Shown: positions 56,298 to 64,000 of the stretch, piece after piece
Layout of the letters: the number at the start of each line of letters is the position of its first letter
Numbering within the stretch: position 1 is the stretch's first letter
DNA from: Candidatus Nanosyncoccus sp.
GTDB taxonomy: Bacteria > Patescibacteriota > Saccharimonadia > Saccharimonadales > Saccharimonadaceae
Reading direction: 5' to 3'
Assembly: GCA_045660085.1 (NCBI GenBank)
Contig: JAZRDA010000014.1
Location: 1,984 to 65,983, forward strand
DNA: 64,000 nucleotides
Program-made: the position numbers and the translations under genes
The notes under the pieces: model-generated
Seen by the model: the letters and a program-made list of their open reading frames with translations, nothing else
Told to the model about the DNA's origin: nothing
Databases searched by the model: none

Positions 56298-56701
56298 TAT
56301 TTATTCTCCTTCCCTGCATTCTTGTCCGCCTTCTTAGCTACTTTATCAGCTTTTTTGGCTTCCTTTGCGCTGGTTTCACTTTCGGGCTCATCAAATACCT
56401 TGATCGAATCGCCCTGCTTTAATCTTACGTAAGCAAATTTTTTATCCTGACGGTGAGTAATACCTGGATAAGCATGCTTACCCTTGCTAAATTTAGTTTT
56501 CTTACCGTCACGAATCAGAGTTCTGACATCAGTTACTGTGACGTTAAACTCTTTCTCAACCATTTTAGCAATTTCTTGCTTACCCATGGTTTTCTTAACT
56601 GGAAAAACGTAAATCCGGTTAGTTTGCTCCAAATAACTCTTCTCAGTAGCTCGAGGTTCAATCAGATGGAGCTGAATATTGGTATTATCATTCTTTGCCA
56701 T
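56297..56701 (-). CDS. rplW: 50S ribosomal protein L23 with Lys-rich C-terminal extension
   Basis: IEPRATEKSYLEQTNRIYVFPVKKTMGKQEIAKMVEKEFNVTV is L23. Confidence 0.93.
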   Translation of the reverse strand: MAKNDNTNIQLHLIEPRATEKSYLEQTNRIYVFPVKKTMGKQEIAKMVEKEFNVTVTDVRTLIRDGKKTKFSKGKHAYPGITHRQDKKFAYVRLKQGDSIKVFDEPESETSAKEAKKADKVAKKADKNAGKENK

Positions 56702-56702
56702 C

Positions 56703-57302
56703 TTACTTTTCCTTTCCTAGTAGCCACTCTTCAGTCGCTTTAAGAGCTGATTCTGAGAATACGATCGCATCTGCATTTAAAATATCAAAGACATTTAAAT
56801 ACGTAGCACGCACTAATTTTACATTTGGTAAATTATTGGTCGAACGTAGAACTTCAGGAGTCTTCTCGTTAGCTACAGCTAAGACATTCTTGCCTTCAAG
56901 TTTCATGTCCTTCAGAACCTTCGCAGCTGTCTTAGTCTTACCATCTAGTTTCACAGTCTTGTCAAGTACAAATACCGCTTTATCAGCATTCTTCATCGAA
57001 AGTGCCTGCCTTACGGCGAGTAACTTCGACGACTTGGCCAATTTCTTAGTGAAATTTTCCTCACCAGTGCGGCCAAATGCTACACCACCATGACGCCAAA
57101 TTGGGTTACGAGTCGAACCAAAACGAGCTCTACCGGTACCTTTTTGTCTCCATGGTTTCTTGCCACCACCACTTACTTCACCACGCTTCAAAGTTTTAGC
57201 GTGGGAGCTTCGTGAGTTAGCAAGATAAGAATCATAAGCGAGCTTGACGAGTTCATGATTTTCTACGGTCAACCCGAAAATATCTTTATTCAAAGTAGCC
57301 AT
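56703..57302 (-). CDS. rplD: 50S ribosomal protein L4
   Basis: GGGKKPWRQKGTGRARFGSTRNPIWRHGGVAFG is L4. Start at MATLNKD (57302), 1 nt after the rplC stop. Confidence 0.95.
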   Translation of the reverse strand: MATLNKDIFGLTVENHELVKLAYDSYLANSRSSHAKTLKRGEVSGGGKKPWRQKGTGRARFGSTRNPIWRHGGVAFGRTGEENFTKKLAKSSKLLAVRQALSMKNADKAVFVLDKTVKLDGKTKTAAKVLKDMKLEGKNVLAVANEKTPEVLRSTNNLPNVKLVRATYLNVFDILNADAIVFSESALKATEEWLLGKEK

Positions 57303-57303
57303 A

Positions 57304-57924
57304 TTACTCCTTTCCCTCCACACTTACGATACCTTTGTTTGGACCAGGCACTGCGCCTTTCAGTCCAATCAAATTCTTCTCAACGTCAATGTAGGATACC
57401 ACCAGGTTCTTCACCGTCACTGTATCGTGACCCATCCGACCAGGCATCTTCTTGCCTTTCCAGACTTTCTGTGGATACATCGAACCGATTGAACCAACCT
57501 TACGAATATCTCCCTTGAAACCGTGAGTATTGCGTGATTCATTAAAATTATGGCGCTTCACCGTACCAGCATAACCTTTACCCTTGCTAGTACCAGTCAC
57601 TGCGACCTTATCACCTAACTTAAAGCTTTCGACCGTGAGGCTATCACCTAGCTTCATACCTTCTGGAATCTCCGAAACTCTGAATTCCCTTAGGACTTTA
57701 GGATTAATATTTTCACCGGTCTTTTTCACGTGACCGGAAACCGACTTGCTCAGATTCTTACCCTGACCGTAGCCCACTTGCACAGCATTATAACCATCAT
57801 GATCGACGGTCTTTATCTGAGTCACCGTGCACGGACCGGCTTGCAGAATTGTAACAGGAGTCACAATACCATCATCACCGATGATCTGGGTCATACCAAT
57901 TTTGGTGCCGAGAATGACTTGCAT
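57304..57924 (-). CDS. rplC: 50S ribosomal protein L3
   Basis: ILGTKIGMTQIIGDDGIVTPVTILQAGPCTVTQIKT is L3. It is the first gene of this operon fragment, with no rpsJ upstream. Confidence 0.96.
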   Translation of the reverse strand: MQVILGTKIGMTQIIGDDGIVTPVTILQAGPCTVTQIKTVDHDGYNAVQVGYGQGKNLSKSVSGHVKKTGENINPKVLREFRVSEIPEGMKLGDSLTVESFKLGDKVAVTGTSKGKGYAGTVKRHNFNESRNTHGFKGDIRKVGSIGSMYPQKVWKGKKMPGRMGHDTVTVKNLVVSYIDVEKNLIGLKGAVPGPNKGIVSVEGKE

Positions 57925-58089
57925 TCTATTCCTTTCTTTTATTACTTTTTACTCCACGCGCCCTATAAGCGCTCCTAAGGAGTTTTACCTCTGTACAACA
58001 GGTAAAACTGCACTATTAAAACTAGACTTTTAGGCCGGTTTCCGCTTGTTATAGTCACGGACCTCACCTTGTGTCTAGGTAACCACCAC
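57925..58089 (-). promoter_or_regulatory. ~165-nt 5' leader of the rplC operon (candidate ribosomal-protein autoregulatory leader)
   Basis: Lies between the promoter at 58090-58118 and the rplC ATG. Contains hairpins gttttacctg-ttgta-cagaggtaaaac and gcgc-ttataggg-cgcg-type pairing. Confidence 0.35.
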
Positions 58090-58118
58090 ATTATATCACG
58101 AATTTACCCCCTTGCCAA
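58090..58118 (-). promoter_or_regulatory. strong promoter of the rplC operon (TTGGCA, 17-nt spacer, TATAAT)
   Basis: Minus strand reads TTGGCAagggggtaaattcgtgaTATAAT. Confidence 0.7.
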
Positions 58119-58137
58119 CCCCTAATTTTGACAAAAT

Positions 58138-59214
58138 TTAAACCATCGTTTCTAGATAGCTGTCAATAAACCCATCGATCTTCCCATCTAGTACTGCTTC
58201 CGGGTCGGTCTCTTCATACCCCGTGCGCGTATCCTTCACTAATTTATATGGTTGTAGTACGTAATTTCGAATCTGCTGTCCCCATCCGGCCGATTCCCCC
58301 GCCCGCAGTTCTTCAATCGTCGCCACATGCTGTTCCATCTGCATTTGCGCCAATTTCCCCCTCAAAATCTCCATCGCTTTTTCTTTATTCTGGTGCTGAC
58401 TCCGCTCGTTCTGAATCGCCACCACCGTATTGGTTGGTAAGTGCGTAATCCTCACCGCCGAATCAGTCGTATTGACTCCCTGCCCACCATGTCCACCACT
58501 ATGATATACGTCAATCCTAAGATCTTTCTCATCGATTACCACCTCATCCGATGTCTTAATCACCGGTAAAATTTCCACCAGCGCAAATGAAGTCTGCCTC
58601 AAATTATTCGCATTAAACGGCGAAAGTCGCACCAAGCGGTGCACGCCATGCTCAGACTTCAAAAACCCGTATACGTTCACACCGGAGACCTCATACACCA
58701 CCGTTTTAATCCCAGCTTCTTCTCCAGCAACCTTCTCAAGACAACTAACCTTAAACCCATTCTTCTCAAAAAACCTTAAATACATTCGCTCGAGCATCCC
58801 AGCCCAATCCATCGCCTCGGTACCACCAGCCCCGGCCGTAATCCGAACAATCGCATCGTTCTTATCATATGGACCCTGAAATCTCAAAGCTTTCTTTAAT
58901 TCCGCCAGTTCCTTCTCCATCGCCAAAATCTGCTCATCAAACTCGTCCTCCATGCTCTCATCCGATATTTCCATCAATTCACCCAAATCTTCAATCTGCG
59001 CCTTAAGCAATACGAACGGCTCCGTCTCATCTCGCAATTTCGCTAAGTCTTGATTTAATTCCGTCGCTTTCTTAACATCCCGCCAAATCTCTGGCTCCGC
59101 CACCTGTTTCTCCAAATCAGAAACTTGTTTCAATTTCTCTTCAATCCCCAATCTTTCATATAGCTTCAAAAAATCTTCCCTCAAAACATCTAATCTTTTC
59201 TGTAAATCTTGCAT
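58138..59214 (-). CDS. prfB: peptide chain release factor 2 (uninterrupted ORF)
   Basis: SPF tripeptide (RLSPFNANN) specific to RF2, and the GGQ motif (SGGHGGQGVNTTDSAVRITH). No internal frameshift is needed. Confidence 0.92.
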   Translation of the reverse strand: MQDLQKRLDVLREDFLKLYERLGIEEKLKQVSDLEKQVAEPEIWRDVKKATELNQDLAKLRDETEPFVLLKAQIEDLGELMEISDESMEDEFDEQILAMEKELAELKKALRFQGPYDKNDAIVRITAGAGGTEAMDWAGMLERMYLRFFEKNGFKVSCLEKVAGEEAGIKTVVYEVSGVNVYGFLKSEHGVHRLVRLSPFNANNLRQTSFALVEILPVIKTSDEVVIDEKDLRIDVYHSGGHGGQGVNTTDSAVRITHLPTNTVVAIQNERSQHQNKEKAMEILRGKLAQMQMEQHVATIEELRAGESAGWGQQIRNYVLQPYKLVKDTRTGYEETDPEAVLDGKIDGFIDSYLETMV

Positions 59215-59220
59215 AAAACT

Positions 59221-59226
59221 ATTATA
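59221..59226 (-). promoter_or_regulatory. -10 box (TATAAT) 6 nt upstream of the prfB ATG; leaderless-type
   Basis: Minus strand reads atggTATAATagttttATGcaa. Confidence 0.45.
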
Positions 59227-59266
59227 CCATTCTATTTAGTCACAACGCGACTAAATAGTCATCAAT

Positions 59267-59303
59267 AAAAATCAAGTCGGAATTCACTTCCGACTTGATT
59301 TTC
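59267..59303. terminator. bidirectional terminator hairpin
   Basis: aaaatcaagtcggaa-ttcac-ttccgacttgatttt. Flanked by two further hairpins (59233-59257 and 59322-59346). Confidence 0.7.
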
Positions 59304-59353
59304 TTACTGGCCTTTTCTGCTAAACTCTTTTCCTCCGGAAAAGAGTTCAAGGC

Positions 59354-59602
59354 CTAAAGAATGTGCCAGGTAAGATCGCGCGAGTTAAACTCTAGGCGCA
59401 TTTGCTCCCGGCCAACCAAGATGTCGAAAATATGAAGTGCCACTCCACCCACAAAACGTATTTGTGTACGGAGAAGCTCTGTTATTTCGGTTTCAGATTC
59501 CCCACGTCGCCTAAAAGTTAGTGGCTGACACGGTGTCATCTCATACCCAAACAGAGCCATTACCTCGACCCGTTCTTGGTTGTTTTTGTTAAAGTTTTTC
59601 AT
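59354..59602 (-). CDS. hypothetical protein (82 aa), no recognisable motif
   Basis: ORF with AAGGAG 6 nt upstream of the ATG. Followed by hairpins/terminator. Confidence 0.5.
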   Translation of the reverse strand: MKNFNKNNQERVEVMALFGYEMTPCQPLTFRRRGESETEITELLRTQIRFVGGVALHIFDILVGREQMRLEFNSRDLTWHIL

Positions 59603-59870
59603 AAAGACTCCTTTAAATTAAATTTATTAGAGTCATTTATGTGAGCCGCTACTTTATTGGCTCATAGCTACGCCTGCAAATGACAAACAGTCGCAACCTT
59701 TTAACTTTTCTCAACATCAGTGACCGAAGTGTAATGTGAGCAATTTAATTATAACATTATTTTTAATATAGTGGTTTCGAGGGGGGTTGTTTTTACACGG
59801 GGAATATAGTAGTATCTTCCCATGGGGTTGACACTTTAACAATTAAGAGCGATATGAAGAAAGGAGGTTT

Positions 59871-59966
59871 ATGGAAGTTGAGGTTGAAAACATAAAAGTT
59901 ACAATCAAACTGAAAATTACCCCTGCTAAACGCAAGAGTAATCAACAAAACCTACTATTATTCTAA
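59871..59966 (+). CDS. candidate small ORF (31 aa)
   Basis: MEVEVENIKVTIKLKITPAKRKSNQQNLLLF. AAGGAGG lies 3 nt before the ATG (tight spacing). 46 nt upstream of dus. Could be a leader peptide or could be spurious. Confidence 0.3.
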   Translation: MEVEVENIKVTIKLKITPAKRKSNQQNLLLF

Positions 59967-60012
59967 CGCACACCAATTCATACGTCAACCCCATATTTAA
60001 TATATCAGACTT

Positions 60013-61071
60013 ATGAATATTTGGCAACAATTACCTAAACCATTTTTAATTCTGGCGCCTATGGAAGGCGTGACGGATATTTTGTTTCGTCAAGTTATTG
60101 CCAGTGCTGGCCGTCCAGATTTATTTTTCACGGAATTTACCAACGTGTCAAGTTATGCTTCCGAAAAAGGTCGCGCGAACGCCCTAGAGAGGCTCCAAAT
60201 CGCCCCCACTGATCCACCGATTATCGCTCAGATTTGGGGCAAAAATCCAGACCATTTCTCGGAAGTTTCATCCGCGCTTTCATCGCTCGGTTTTTCAGGG
60301 GTAGACCTCAATTTTGGTTGTCCCGATAAGCACGTCAATAAAGCTGGTGGTGGTGCCGCTATGATTAAGACCCCAGAACTCGCCGTAGAGTGTTTCCGTA
60401 ATGCGCACAAAAGTACCGAATTGCCAGTATCAATCAAAACCCGCCTCGGCTGGTCAGACCTTAATGAATACAAGACCTGGCTCTCGATCCTCCTCGCCGA
60501 ACACCCAGCCGCCCTTACCGTGCACCTTCGCACTAAGAAGGAGATGAGTAAAGTTCCCGCACACTACGAACTTATTCCAGATATTATCAAGCTCCGTGAC
60601 GAAATTAGTCCCGAGACCAAATTAATCATCAATGGCGATATAAGAGATCACGCTCACGCCCTAGAGTTACACCAACAATACCCCGAGGTTGACGGCTTCA
60701 TGATTGGCCGCGGTGTCTTTCAAAACCCATATTGCTTCACCGATCACATCCCTACTCGGGAAGAATTGATGGAACTCTTGAAACTACATTTAGATTTATA
60801 TGAAAAATATACGACCTTCGCAAATATTGAGGAACATAAAGGCAAAATCTTTGATTTTGCCGCCGCAGGGGCGAAGCGATGTGATAAAATTTATTATCGC
60901 ATCGCGAAGCTTCCGAAATATTGCGAAGGTCGTATATCGTTATCATATGAACCTTTGAAGCATTTTTTCAAAATCTACGTCAATAATTTTCCAGGCGCCA
61001 AAGAGCTTCGCGCCAAACTCATGGAAACCCACTCTGTTTCTGAGGCCCGCAAAATCATTAAAAATACATAA
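60013..61071 (+). CDS. dus: tRNA-dihydrouridine synthase carrying an in-frame palindromic-element insertion
   Basis: Dus TIM-barrel motifs LAPMEGVTDILFRQV, VDLNFGCP and IKTRLGW. The C-terminal helical domain is interrupted by ~40 aa encoded by repeat copy C. Confidence 0.88.
   Translation: MNIWQQLPKPFLILAPMEGVTDILFRQVIASAGRPDLFFTEFTNVSSYASEKGRANALERLQIAPTDPPIIAQIWGKNPDHFSEVSSALSSLGFSGVDLNFGCPDKHVNKAGGGAAMIKTPELAVECFRNAHKSTELPVSIKTRLGWSDLNEYKTWLSILLAEHPAALTVHLRTKKEMSKVPAHYELIPDIIKLRDEISPETKLIINGDIRDHAHALELHQQYPEVDGFMIGRGVFQNPYCFTDHIPTREELMELLKLHLDLYEKYTTFANIEEHKGKIFDFAAAGAKRCDKIYYRIAKLPKYCEGRISLSYEPLKHFFKIYVNNFPGAKELRAKLMETHSVSEARKIIKNT
60807..60937. repeat. structured palindromic element, copy C (inside dus, in frame)
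   Basis: 17-bp perfect closing stem (60807-60823 / 60921-60937). GA opposite GA (60829-30 / 60915-16). The core 60835-60916 matches 19399-19480 at 76 of 82 positions. Confidence 0.85.
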
Positions 61072-61143
61072 TTTAACCATTTATAGAAGCATCACTATAG
61101 TCCCGAAATTGCTTTTATTCCCAATCCATAGTAAGATTATTTC

Positions 61144-61803
61144 ATGAAAATTGGTTTATTTGACTCCGGTATTGGCGGAACCACCATCCTAAATGCTATC
61201 CAAGAAATCCTTCCAGACGAAGACTACAAATATATCGCCGACTCCAAAAACTGCCCATACGGCGAAAAGTCCGACAGAGAGTTGCGACAAATTGTCACTA
61301 AAAATGTCGAAACGCTCCAGAAATGGGGTGCTAAAATCATCGTCGTTGCCTGTAATACCGCCACGACAAAGTGTATCTCTTACTTAAGGAAGAAGTTTCC
61401 GGAACTACAATTCGTCGGCACCGAGCCTGCCATCAAACTCGCTGTTCAGTCCGGCGCTAAGAACATCTTGGTTATGGCCACTCCAGGCACCATTAGATCC
61501 GAGCGACTTCGTTATCTCCTCAAGAAAAACCAAAAATCAAATCAAACTATTAAGCTACTCGCCTGCCCGGGGCTCGCTGATTCAATTGAGAAAAACTATC
61601 CGTCACACAATCTCGAGCCAATCACAAACTATCTCACGACATTATTTGAAGACATTGACCAAACGCCAGATATCATCGTTATCGGCTGCACACACTACTC
61701 ACTTATCAAGGACCAAATCCAGTCATTCTTTCCGAACTCTAAACTCATCGACGGGAACGCTGGCATCGCTAAAAGGGTCCAAGATTTAAAAAATGTATTA
61801 TAA
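61144..61803 (+). CDS. murI: glutamate racemase (short, 219 aa)
   Basis: IGLFDSGIGGTTIL, the two catalytic Cys regions VVACNTATT and IGCTHYSLI. Confidence 0.88.
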   Translation: MKIGLFDSGIGGTTILNAIQEILPDEDYKYIADSKNCPYGEKSDRELRQIVTKNVETLQKWGAKIIVVACNTATTKCISYLRKKFPELQFVGTEPAIKLAVQSGAKNILVMATPGTIRSERLRYLLKKNQKSNQTIKLLACPGLADSIEKNYPSHNLEPITNYLTTLFEDIDQTPDIIVIGCTHYSLIKDQIQSFFPNSKLIDGNAGIAKRVQDLKNVL

Positions 61804-61804
61804 T
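61799..61804 (+). promoter_or_regulatory. -10 box (TATAAT) 7 nt upstream of the murD ATG, overlapping the murI stop; leaderless-type
   Basis: gtatTATAATtatagttATGaaa. Confidence 0.4.
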
Positions 61805-61811
61805 TATAGTT

Positions 61812-63038
61812 ATGAAAATACTATTACTTGGCTACGGCAAAGAAGGGAAATCCGTAGAGGCCTACTTCAAAAAACGCTACGATAACCTCGAGTGTCGCAT
61901 TTACGAGAACTTCAATCCAAACGAACTTAAAAAAGAAGATTTCTCATCGTTTGATTATGTTTTTCGTAGTCCCTCCGTCTCGCCTTTTCATTTGAAGAAC
62001 GAAACCTCAGTTACGAAGTATTTCTTCGACCATTGCCCCTGCCCCATCATCGGTGTTACCGCCACCAAGGGTAAAGGTACCACCTGCTCATTCATTAAAT
62101 CCCTGCTCGATGCCGACCACCAAGATGTTCGTCTCGTTGGCAACATCGGCGAGCCTGCCATCGATAGCCTAGACGACCTCAAGGAAAACTCGGTTATAGT
62201 CTATGAATTATCCAGCTTCCAGCTCTGGGATTTGGAAAAGTCCCCCCATATCGCCGTAGTCGGGACCATCGAACCCGACCACTTAAACGTCCATAACAGC
62301 TATGATGATTACATTAGTGCTAAAACCAACATCTGTCGTTATCAAACTCCAGATGATTACCTAATTTACTATAGTAAGAACCCCGAATCCGTCAAGATCG
62401 CAGACAAAAGTCCAGCCCAGAAAATCCCCTATCCATTCGATCTACCCGAAAACATAAAAAGCGCAGTCAAAATTCCCGGTGAGCATAATCTAAATAATGC
62501 CATGGCTGCTATCGCCGCTGTAGCCAGCTATAAAAATATCTCACCAGATGAATATTTAAAACAATACCAAGACGAAATCATTCAGGGCTTAGCTAGTTTC
62601 AAAGGTCTACCACATCGGCTCGAATTCTTACGTGAACTAAATGGCATTAAATATTACGATGACAATTTCTCCACCAATCCATCTTCCACTAGAGTAGCTG
62701 TCAACGCCTTCCCAAACGACAATCTCATCGTCATTATCGGCGGTCGCGATAAGACCGACAATCAAGATTTGCCCGAAATCTACGAAATCTTGCAAGCCCC
62801 CCAGGTCAAATCCATCGTTCTAATCGGCGAATCCGGGCACGCTCTAGCCGCAAAACATCAGGATAATAGATTTATAGTCGCAGAGTCTCTACAAGAAGCT
62901 GTTAATAAAGCTCGTGAGTCAGCCGAAAGACTCAAACCTGCCATCGTCTTAATGTCACCTTCCGCCGCATCCTTCGACATGTTTGAGAATGTCTACGATC
63001 GAGGTAGCCAATACAAATCTCTAATTGCTAATTTGTAG
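61812..63038 (+). CDS. murD: UDP-N-acetylmuramoyl-L-alanine--D-glutamate ligase
   Basis: Mur ligase P-loop GVTATKGKGTT, EPDHLNVH, NLNNAMAA, and the HRLEF motif typical of MurD. Confidence 0.88.
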   Translation: MKILLLGYGKEGKSVEAYFKKRYDNLECRIYENFNPNELKKEDFSSFDYVFRSPSVSPFHLKNETSVTKYFFDHCPCPIIGVTATKGKGTTCSFIKSLLDADHQDVRLVGNIGEPAIDSLDDLKENSVIVYELSSFQLWDLEKSPHIAVVGTIEPDHLNVHNSYDDYISAKTNICRYQTPDDYLIYYSKNPESVKIADKSPAQKIPYPFDLPENIKSAVKIPGEHNLNNAMAAIAAVASYKNISPDEYLKQYQDEIIQGLASFKGLPHRLEFLRELNGIKYYDDNFSTNPSSTRVAVNAFPNDNLIVIIGGRDKTDNQDLPEIYEILQAPQVKSIVLIGESGHALAAKHQDNRFIVAESLQEAVNKARESAERLKPAIVLMSPSAASFDMFENVYDRGSQYKSLIANL

Positions 63039-63059
63039 ACATTGAACAAACCAAACCAA

Positions 63060-64000
63060 TTAGAAATTCAATCTATTTTCCAGCTCATTTATCACCGCTT
63101 TTTCCACCGATGACACTGCTGCAAAACCCTTAATTCCTGACCCCGCAAATTCTCGTGCTAGCTCAATCATCTTGAACTTATCAATCCCCTTGATTAGATT
63201 CGGCATATCGTCATAGCGCTCAATCGTCTCGTTGGTAAAGTAACTATCTGCATAATAATCCGCAATCTGCCCCACCGTTTGTGCCCCCATCTGGAATCTA
63301 CCCAGCGCATACGATTTCGCCGCTAGAAAATCCATGTCCAGGATTTCACCATTTAATGTTTTCATTAGTTCAGTCTGGATTAGTTCGAACAGCGCCTCGG
63401 CATTCTCTACGTTCACTTCCCCGTCGAAATCCCAATACGAATTATGCGCATTCGATGCCACCGACGACCCCATTCCATATACCAATCCTCGTTTCCTTGC
63501 GGCTCCGAATATTTTCGAATTCATTGTACCGTTTAGAATATGGTTAAGACAATTCATCGCAAAGACCTCGCTCGGCTCCAAATGTCTAGGCGTTACCAAG
63601 GAAAAGCCGAAGGTAATATTCGAGGCATCTTTTCGCCTGATTGACACTGCATCAGACGAATGTAGATCCGAAAGCGGAATCTCAAATTTCTCCCCTTCTC
63701 TTAGCTTCCAATCGTTTAAAGTCTTAATGATTTTATGTTTGCGCCCACGTATCTTACCAGCAATGATAAACATCATATTCTTCGCCGTATGCGTGCGCCT
63801 GTAGTGTTCCCGAATATCCTTTAGCTCTATATTACTAATAGTCTTGATTCTCTCCGGCAAATCTAAAATATCCTCGCCTACCGCCTGCTGCACCCGCGGC
63901 CACAATAATCTATAATAATCATTCATGTAGCCAGTTAGTTCCGACTTCACATTGGCTTTCTCCGAACGTAGCTCCTCCTCGTTAAATCTCGGCTCCGCGA
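63060..64000 (-). CDS. M16 (pitrilysin/insulinase)-family peptidase-like protein, 5' end outside window
   Basis: The reading frame stays open upstream of the listed GTG (63950) to the window edge. The sequence resembles the non-catalytic C-terminal half of M16 peptidases (assignment from memory). Confidence 0.5.
   Translation of the reverse strand, partial: AEPRFNEEELRSEKANVKSELTGYMNDYYRLLWPRVQQAVGEDILDLPERIKTISNIELKDIREHYRRTHTAKNMMFIIAGKIRGRKHKIIKTLNDWKLREGEKFEIPLSDLHSSDAVSIRRKDASNITFGFSLVTPRHLEPSEVFAMNCLNHILNGTMNSKIFGAARKRGLVYGMGSSVASNAHNSYWDFDGEVNVENAEALFELIQTELMKTLNGEILDMDFLAAKSYALGRFQMGAQTVGQIADYYADSYFTNETIERYDDMPNLIKGIDKFKMIELAREFAGSGIKGFAAVSSVEKAVINELENRLNF

Noticed and set aside
1-64000. 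Search for defence systems, prophage or mobile-element genes, CRISPR arrays, tRNA/rRNA genes, DGR/retron components
   Set aside because: No ORF shows nuclease, helicase, reverse-transcriptase, integrase or transposase motifs that I can recognise. No spacer-repeat arrays were found. Intergenic gaps are too short or lack tRNA-like cloverleaf signatures. The only mobile-like entities are the three palindromic elements reported above. The scan was by eye, so small or degenerate features could have been missed.

Overview
This 64-kb window is a chromosomal core segment from a small-genome bacterium with a Gram-positive-like envelope. I call about 67 protein genes, and all but 6 are on the minus strand. 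I found no rRNA, tRNA, CRISPR array, transposase, integrase or recognisable defence gene.

Content:
- Fragments of the ribosomal-protein superoperon: rplC..rpsH, rplF..rplO, and secY-infA-rpmJ-rpsM-rpsK-rpsD-rpoA-rplQ.
- rpoB-rpoC, rpsP-khpA, rnc, nusB and rpmF.
- Four aminoacyl-tRNA synthetase genes (leuS, pheS, pheT, metG) and prfB.
- ftsEX with a PcsB-like coiled-coil CHAP hydrolase and an S41 protease.
- murI, murD, ldh, an aquaporin, sbcB and dus.
- A sortase and two large sortase-substrate surface proteins.
- Several orphan membrane proteins.

Likely origin: L30 is absent between rpsE and rplO. Many ribosomal proteins carry Lys/Ala-rich tails. Sortase/LPXTG-like adhesins are present and there are no biosynthetic genes. 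RF2 is present, and called genes end at TGA (e.g. the 30-aa peptide at 40186-40278), so TGA acts as a stop. Together these suggest a Patescibacteria/CPR lineage, most likely Saccharibacteria (TM7)-like, using the standard code. This is an inference from memory of these families, not a database result.

Most notable observations:
1. A family of about 125-140 nt structured palindromic elements. Two copies share a 93%-identical 82-nt core but have unrelated closing stems. A third copy is an architectural variant. One copy is inserted in frame inside the dus gene, in the manner of Rickettsia palindromic elements.
2. A two-gene adhesin island, with its own promoters and terminators, splits the spc ribosomal operon. 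A sortase gene sits where adk/map normally lie.
3. About ten genes have a TATAAT-like box 6-9 nt upstream of the ATG and no Shine-Dalgarno sequence, which suggests leaderless mRNAs.
4. A 30-aa hydrophobic, Arg-tailed peptide is driven by a perfect consensus promoter.

All calls rest on reading the ORF translations and the DNA by eye. No homology search, RNA folding or statistics could be run.
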